Below are positions 59,704 through 64,000 of a DNA stretch of 64,000 bases, in pieces (positions within the stretch are counted from its first letter, which is position 1; each line of letters opens with the position of its first letter). The notes beneath the pieces are model-generated. The model made no database searches. It saw only the letters and a program-made list of their open reading frames with translations, and was not told where the DNA came from. The DNA is from a plasmid: the sequence record NZ_CP033968.1. One strand, 5' to 3'. Position numbers and translations under genes: made by a program.

Positions 59704-60102
59704 ATGAGTTTTCATTTTCATCCGATTCCGGCTGCCGGGAACGGCGGCGGCGTATCGGTCGTGGCCGCATACGCGAGTTTCAACCCCCAACACGATAAAA
59801 CCTGGGAATTCTCCGGCTGGCTCGAATCGGTGCGAACACGAGCCCTCGACTACTTCCCAGACCTCAGCGAGCAGGTGTACTTGCGGATGTACCTGCCGCA
59901 GAATGTGCTCAACCTATACAGCAAGGGTGGCGGAGTCCGGGAAATGGCTCTGCGTCACCTCATCCCTGGCAATTCAAGACGTCATACTCGCATCGCGTAC
60001 TTCGACTGGGTCACGAGCGACCAAATCTTTGACGTTGAGGCTGACTTTGACCAGTTCATCCAGTTCGTGCAAATGAACTGGCCGAGGCTCCGGAGCTACT
60101 GA
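59704..60102 (+). CDS. Hypothetical protein
   Basis: 132-aa ORF with GGAG RBS (gtaggagtaacaagATG). No recognised motif. Confidence 0.4.
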   Translation: MSFHFHPIPAAGNGGGVSVVAAYASFNPQHDKTWEFSGWLESVRTRALDYFPDLSEQVYLRMYLPQNVLNLYSKGGGVREMALRHLIPGNSRRHTRIAYFDWVTSDQIFDVEADFDQFIQFVQMNWPRLRSY

Positions 60103-60483
60103 TCTGGCATTGGCCGAGCGCCCCAGAACAGAGGCCACTCTGGCCGGCGCTGGCCGCACAAAACTAATGTCAGCAGGCCATTGTTAATCAACACCCGGCT
60201 CGCGTTCGAAAAACCGACAGGAGAGCGCCCGAATCGGCGCATATGGCACAGCATGCGGGCAGTCCATCCATAGCCGAGGGTGAGGAAATTCTGGCCGGAC
60301 GCCGAACTGCAGCCGCGAGCAGGTGCGGCAGATGGAATCCTCTGGCACGACATAGGATGGCATCGGCAGGGGTGGGGGCTCAAAACCGGCACTCACGAAA
60401 TTGAACTGGATATTTGTACAGTACTCCCATTGTAGATCGGCATCTGGCCGCGCCCTTGCGACCCGGGTGGTGCTTACGGCGGT

Positions 60484-61455
60484 CTAGCGGTCATCTTCTT
60501 CGTCGGCTTCTGCACATCCATCGTTGTACCGCTGCGTTGGTACAGAAACATAGTTCACGGCGGAGAGATTGATCGCAACTTGCTTATACGAGCCCTCGAC
60601 ATCGAGAGTCACAAATGGCACGTCCTGGTAGGGATACTCGAGAGTGAAGCAGAATGCGTTGTAAATCGAGCAATCATCCTCCACGTCGACATCATGTTGA
60701 CCGATGCATGGCAGGTTCCAGACCACACAATTTGCGCGATCCATATACCGATCCAAGATCTTCTTGTCCACCGAAGCAACAACTGCGTCCCAATCCAAAC
60801 CCTCGAATTCAACTCTGCTAGGCGTCCCGCCCAAAGCGGGCGAGGATGGTCGAATATGAGTGAAAACCGCCAGAACCTCTTCTTCGGTGAATTCAGCCTT
60901 CGCCAGAAGATCATGGGGGGAGTCCAGTTGTGACACTATCCTCCAAAACGTATCATCCGGAGCAACACCAAGGTACTGGTCACCATATTCCTCTGGCCCA
61001 CCCTCGCCCACTTCATGGCCGGTTAGGTACATGTCGCCCATCGCTGCGCGACGGATGTACACGGTCCTGTTATCCAATGATTGGATGACAATCCCTAGCG
61101 TGTCGGCATCATCCAGCTGTATCAGGATGCGACTGCGTTCTCCATCAGATATCGGCAGTAGCAACGGCGGACAGCCGGTACTAAAGTGAATCGCTGCGAA
61201 TCCGTAGTTCTTCCTGTCTGCAGGAAGTTGCTCATCCATTCCCTCGATATCAAATGGCTCAGGCTGCCCTCGCAAGTACTCTACAGATACCCCGAGTGCC
61301 TCCGACAGAGAAATCACCTTCGCCTCTGGAACCTCGATCTCGCCGGACTCCCACCTGTGATAGGTCGATTGGCTCAGGCCGAGCCGCTTTGCAATTTCGC
61401 TTTGCGTCAAGCGCGCAAGACGCCTCGCTCTTTTCATCGCGTTTTTGCGGACCAT
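60484..61455 (-). CDS. XRE-family HTH regulator fused to an uncharacterised ~250-aa acidic C-terminal domain
   Basis: N-terminal LTQSEIAKRLGLSQSTYHRWESGEIEVPEAKVISLSEALGVSVEYL is a Cro/C1-type HTH. The remainder has no recognised motif. Confidence 0.65.
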   Translation of the reverse strand: MVRKNAMKRARRLARLTQSEIAKRLGLSQSTYHRWESGEIEVPEAKVISLSEALGVSVEYLRGQPEPFDIEGMDEQLPADRKNYGFAAIHFSTGCPPLLLPISDGERSRILIQLDDADTLGIVIQSLDNRTVYIRRAAMGDMYLTGHEVGEGGPEEYGDQYLGVAPDDTFWRIVSQLDSPHDLLAKAEFTEEEVLAVFTHIRPSSPALGGTPSRVEFEGLDWDAVVASVDKKILDRYMDRANCVVWNLPCIGQHDVDVEDDCSIYNAFCFTLEYPYQDVPFVTLDVEGSYKQVAINLSAVNYVSVPTQRYNDGCAEADEEDDR

Positions 61456-61684
61456 GATTCACCTCCATGTCGACGCATCCTATGCGAATAATATGCGTCA
61501 AGATGGAATGATCAAGGATAGGAATGAGTTCTCTCGCACTTTCATTGCTGTGATCCTGATGGATGGCGCTGGGTTCGAAAACCCGCAGCCGCGGCTGGCT
61601 GTCGTTGGCGCCTCGCCTGGCGTAGACTCGCGTTGGCCGGCACCAATCATCAGAGAGCCGATAGCAGAGCAAGGGGGAAGTCAG

Positions 61685-62056
61685 ATGGCTCGGCACTTTA
61701 GGCTTGGCATGTGGAATCGGCTAGCGATTGTTCTGACAGTGATCCTCTCGCTTGGGGTGCCGACGTACTTCCATTTTGCCCGCGGTTTGCAGTTGCAGAT
61801 CGATTTCGACAAGTCTTTGCAGGACTGCAAGGACATTGCCATCAGCAAGGGGCTGCAGCTTGACCCCGCAGCGGACTACATCGGGGTTTGCCAGAAGCAA
61901 ACCAAGATGATGTACGCATGGGAAGAACAGCATGAGCCGTACATGTATGTCAGACACATTGTCGCCATGTTCGCCCTTTCAGTGGCTGCCTATTTGCTCA
62001 TTTGGGCCGGCGCGGCAGTGGCACGGTGGATCTTGCGCGGGCGCACGCGCGCATAG
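61685..62056 (+). CDS. Small two-TM membrane protein, divergent from the XRE regulator
   Basis: AAGGGGGAAG RBS before Met 61685. Two hydrophobic helices (LAIVLTVILSLGV..., VAMFALSVAAYLLIWAGAAV). Confidence 0.4.
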   Translation: MARHFRLGMWNRLAIVLTVILSLGVPTYFHFARGLQLQIDFDKSLQDCKDIAISKGLQLDPAADYIGVCQKQTKMMYAWEEQHEPYMYVRHIVAMFALSVAAYLLIWAGAAVARWILRGRTRA

Positions 62057-62117
62057 CTGCTAGCAAGGGCCCGCCGTGCCGCGCCGGCAACTGCTCGAGC
62101 TCGAGGATATTCAGCCG

Positions 62118-62690
62118 ATGCTGGCGGTAGCCAGTAAGGCCCTGCCGCGTACGGGCACCTGGCAGTATTCCCCGTAGCACGATGGTTACCGCACGCTGGC
62201 CACACGGGATCGGTTGCGCACGCGCGGCGGCGCGGATGCCACGACATGGTTTCCGGAGATTCCTGCCACGCTAACCGGTCTGCCCGCTGGCCATCACATC
62301 ATCGACGGCGAGATGTGCGTGCTGGTCAACGGGCGCTCCGACTTCGTACAGTTGCACGAGCGCGCTATGCGGCGCCGCTGGTATCCGGGCGCACCACCAG
62401 TGGTGCTGTGTGCGTTCGATCTGCTGGTGCATGCCGGCACGGACATTCGTGGCAAACCCATCGAGGAGCGCCAGGCACGCTTGGCGGCGTTGGTGTCGGG
62501 TTTGCCTGGCGTGCTGTATGTGAGCGCCATCGATGACGGCGCGGCGATGTGGGCTGCCGTGATTGCGCTGCAGCTTGAGGGAATGGTGGCGAAGCGCGTA
62601 GGCAGCGCCTACGTGGCTGGGCCCTCGCGCGACTGGCTCAAGATCAAGAGACCGGGCGCCACCCTTCCCGGCTTCAAGCGCGATATCTGA
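62118..62690 (+). pseudogene. LigD-type ATP-dependent DNA ligase, adenylation-domain remnant with in-frame TAG at the catalytic-lysine position and no OB/Pol/PE domains
   Basis: MLAVASKALPRTGTWQYSP*HDGYRTLATRDRLRTRGG... then DGEMCV (motif III), LCAFDLL (IIIa), EGMVAKR (IV), DWLKIK (V). The TAG at 62175..62177 sits exactly where the KxDG lysine is expected. Confidence 0.6.
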
Positions 62691-62888
62691 TGCACCAAAG
62701 CAAAACGGCCGCACGCGACCGTTTCTAAAGGCACTCCTGGCGGCTAGCGTCCGTCCGAGGAGGGAGCAGCTAGCCGTTGGTCCAAGGCGCCAAGTGACAT
62801 GACAGGATAACACCGATGCAGACCAGCCGGGCCACGTTGGTGATGCTGCGGGACGAGAACCTGATAGATCACACTTCAGTGGCTCAGC

Positions 62889-63374
62889 GTGCCGGTTCTC
62901 TTGCATTGTTCACGAGCAATCTCATTCCAACGCACTGCCTCGCCCGCCCCTTCGATACTGTATATTTATACAGTGCTATTCGAAGTCATGAAACTCTGTC
63001 AGGAGGGGCGCCGACTACACCGTGGATGGTGGGGCGGGCAGTCGCTATGGCGCGGCCAGGTGTTGATCGAGGACCGCATGGATACGCGCGCCCATCGCGT
63101 GATGGCTCATGCGTTCATGGCCTACAGCAAGCACCAGGACGTGGCGGAGCTCGGCGTTCTGTACGACGCGCGGATAGTGAAACTCACCTCCGACGACATG
63201 ATCCTGACGGGGTTTGAGCGGGCCGACTTCGATCTGAGGGAGTACCGCCAGGCCTGGCTGCTGCGGCCGATCACGCAGGCAGAAATGGACACGCCCATCC
63301 GCGCTGACGTGGTACGCGGGCGCGGCAAGGTACCATCACCACCACCCGACAACGGAGACAAGTCATGTGCGTGA
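62889..63374 (+). CDS. Hypothetical protein, possibly 3'-truncated by the IS66-family element
   Basis: 161-aa ORF ending 40 bp before the IS66-type terminal repeat. No recognised motif. Confidence 0.25.
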   Translation: MPVLLHCSRAISFQRTASPAPSILYIYTVLFEVMKLCQEGRRLHRGWWGGQSLWRGQVLIEDRMDTRAHRVMAHAFMAYSKHQDVAELGVLYDARIVKLTSDDMILTGFERADFDLREYRQAWLLRPITQAEMDTPIRADVVRGRGKVPSPPPDNGDKSCA

Positions 63375-63413
63375 ATTACGCCCCCGTGCAACGCCAGGTG
63401 TTACGGGACGTGT

Positions 63414-64000
63414 GTAAGCGCTCAATTGACGACGTCTGGTATTGAAGGCTGAACGTTGGCAGGCTAGCGTCCGCAAAGACTTTGCGGACGCAAACATGAT
63501 CCAAGACGAGATTGACCTATTTCCGCTGCAGGCGGTGCGAGTCCGCTCCAATGGGAAGCGCGACTACGAGCCAGCGGCCAAGCGGCGTCTGATTGAGTTC
63601 TGTCTTCAATCGGGAGCATCGGTCTCGGGCACGGCGCTCAAGGCCGGTATCAACGCTAACCAGTTGCGCAAATGGATTCGGGACTACCGAGATTCAGTGC
63701 AGGCGCGAGGTGCGTTGCCGGCATTCGTGCCGGTTGTCCAGGAGGTTCAGGATTCGCGGCCAATCGAGACACTTGCAAAGGTTGCGGTGCCGCGTCACGA
63801 AGCGGCATCAGCGACTGGCGATCCGCCACCGCGGCAAGCGCAACCGCTGGCGCTCTTGAGCGCAAAGCTGCCCAACGGTGTATCACTTGAGCTCGAATGC
63901 AGCGAGCGAGACGTTGGGCTCGTAAAGGCAATGATCGAAGCACTGAGTGGAGACCGTTGATGTTTCGGCTCGACGCTGAGCTGCGGGTGTATCTGCATCG
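63414..64000 (+). mobile_element. IS66-family insertion sequence, left end (continues beyond the window)
   Basis: Terminal repeat begins GTAAGCGCTC (IS66-family hallmark 5'-GTAAGCG). It is followed by tnpA-like ORF 63442..63960 (HTH; C-terminal LPNGVSLELECS...AMIEAL) and the start of a tnpB-like ORF at 63957 (MFRLDAELRVYLH...). Confidence 0.7.
63442..63960 (+). CDS. IS66-family accessory protein TnpA (Orf1)
   Basis: KRRLIEFCLQSGASVSGTALKAGINANQLRKWIRDYR HTH_Tnp-like region. 4-nt overlap with the next ORF, as in IS66 operons. Confidence 0.65.
   Translation: MKAERWQASVRKDFADANMIQDEIDLFPLQAVRVRSNGKRDYEPAAKRRLIEFCLQSGASVSGTALKAGINANQLRKWIRDYRDSVQARGALPAFVPVVQEVQDSRPIETLAKVAVPRHEAASATGDPPPRQAQPLALLSAKLPNGVSLELECSERDVGLVKAMIEALSGDR

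Noticed and set aside
1-64000. CRISPR arrays, tRNA/rRNA genes
   Set aside because: No regularly spaced direct repeats, no tRNA-like cloverleaf-sized conserved segments and no rRNA-like regions were detected on visual scan. The absence is not proof, since no search tool was run.

Overview
This is a high-GC betaproteobacterial-type (Burkholderia/Cupriavidus-like) chromosomal window that is a heavy mosaic of housekeeping genes and mobile DNA. From 5' to 3' it contains the following. (1) The mgtA 3' end and mgtC. (2) A scrambled metal-efflux and porin remnant region: a MarR fragment, two porin fragments on opposite strands, a TolC-like OMP intact but coupled to a truncated czcA-like RND remnant, and a Mu-type (TniA/TniB-like) two-gene transposition module with a Cys-rich ORF and a 31-nt perfect palindrome. 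(3) An orphan flgB. (4) A P1B-4 (SPC-motif, His-rich) heavy-metal ATPase convergent with a His/Gly-rich double-zinc-ribbon mini-protein, and, beyond the glycosylation operon, a DMT transporter with a His-rich tail. (5) An ATGA-coupled ArnT-like/GtrA/GT2 glycosylation operon. (6) LuxR-type, MscS-like and YbaK genes, then aspA and an MFS transporter (downstream of and divergent from a LysR regulator gene that overlaps the aspA 5' end). (7) An approximately 15.7 kb Tn3-family (Tn4651-like tnpS-res-tnpT-tnpC-tnpA) transposon with 46-bp terminal inverted repeats and a 5-bp target duplication (GTTCA), inserted precisely inside the asparaginase gene ansB. Its cargo is a RocS1/RocR-like c-di-GMP signalling pair (periplasmic-sensor hybrid histidine kinase plus REC-EAL regulator) and a cupin dioxygenase. 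Both signalling genes are secondarily knocked out, by an IS3-family and an IS5-family insertion. (8) A polar amino-acid ABC operon with an embedded MmgE/PrpD-family enzyme. (9) An LPS heptosyltransferase. (10) An approximately 14 kb lower-GC island that begins with an HNH-nuclease gene translationally coupled to an unusually large (714 aa) tyrosine recombinase. It is followed by a co-directional cluster of uncharacterised genes (two PD-(D/E)xK-like proteins, a P-loop protein, large unknowns), an XRE-HTH fusion regulator, a small zinc-ribbon protein and a LigD-type ligase remnant with a stop at the catalytic-lysine position. I consider this island the best candidate for an undescribed system, probably defence. 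(11) An IS66-family element at the 3' edge. No rRNA, tRNA or CRISPR arrays were seen.
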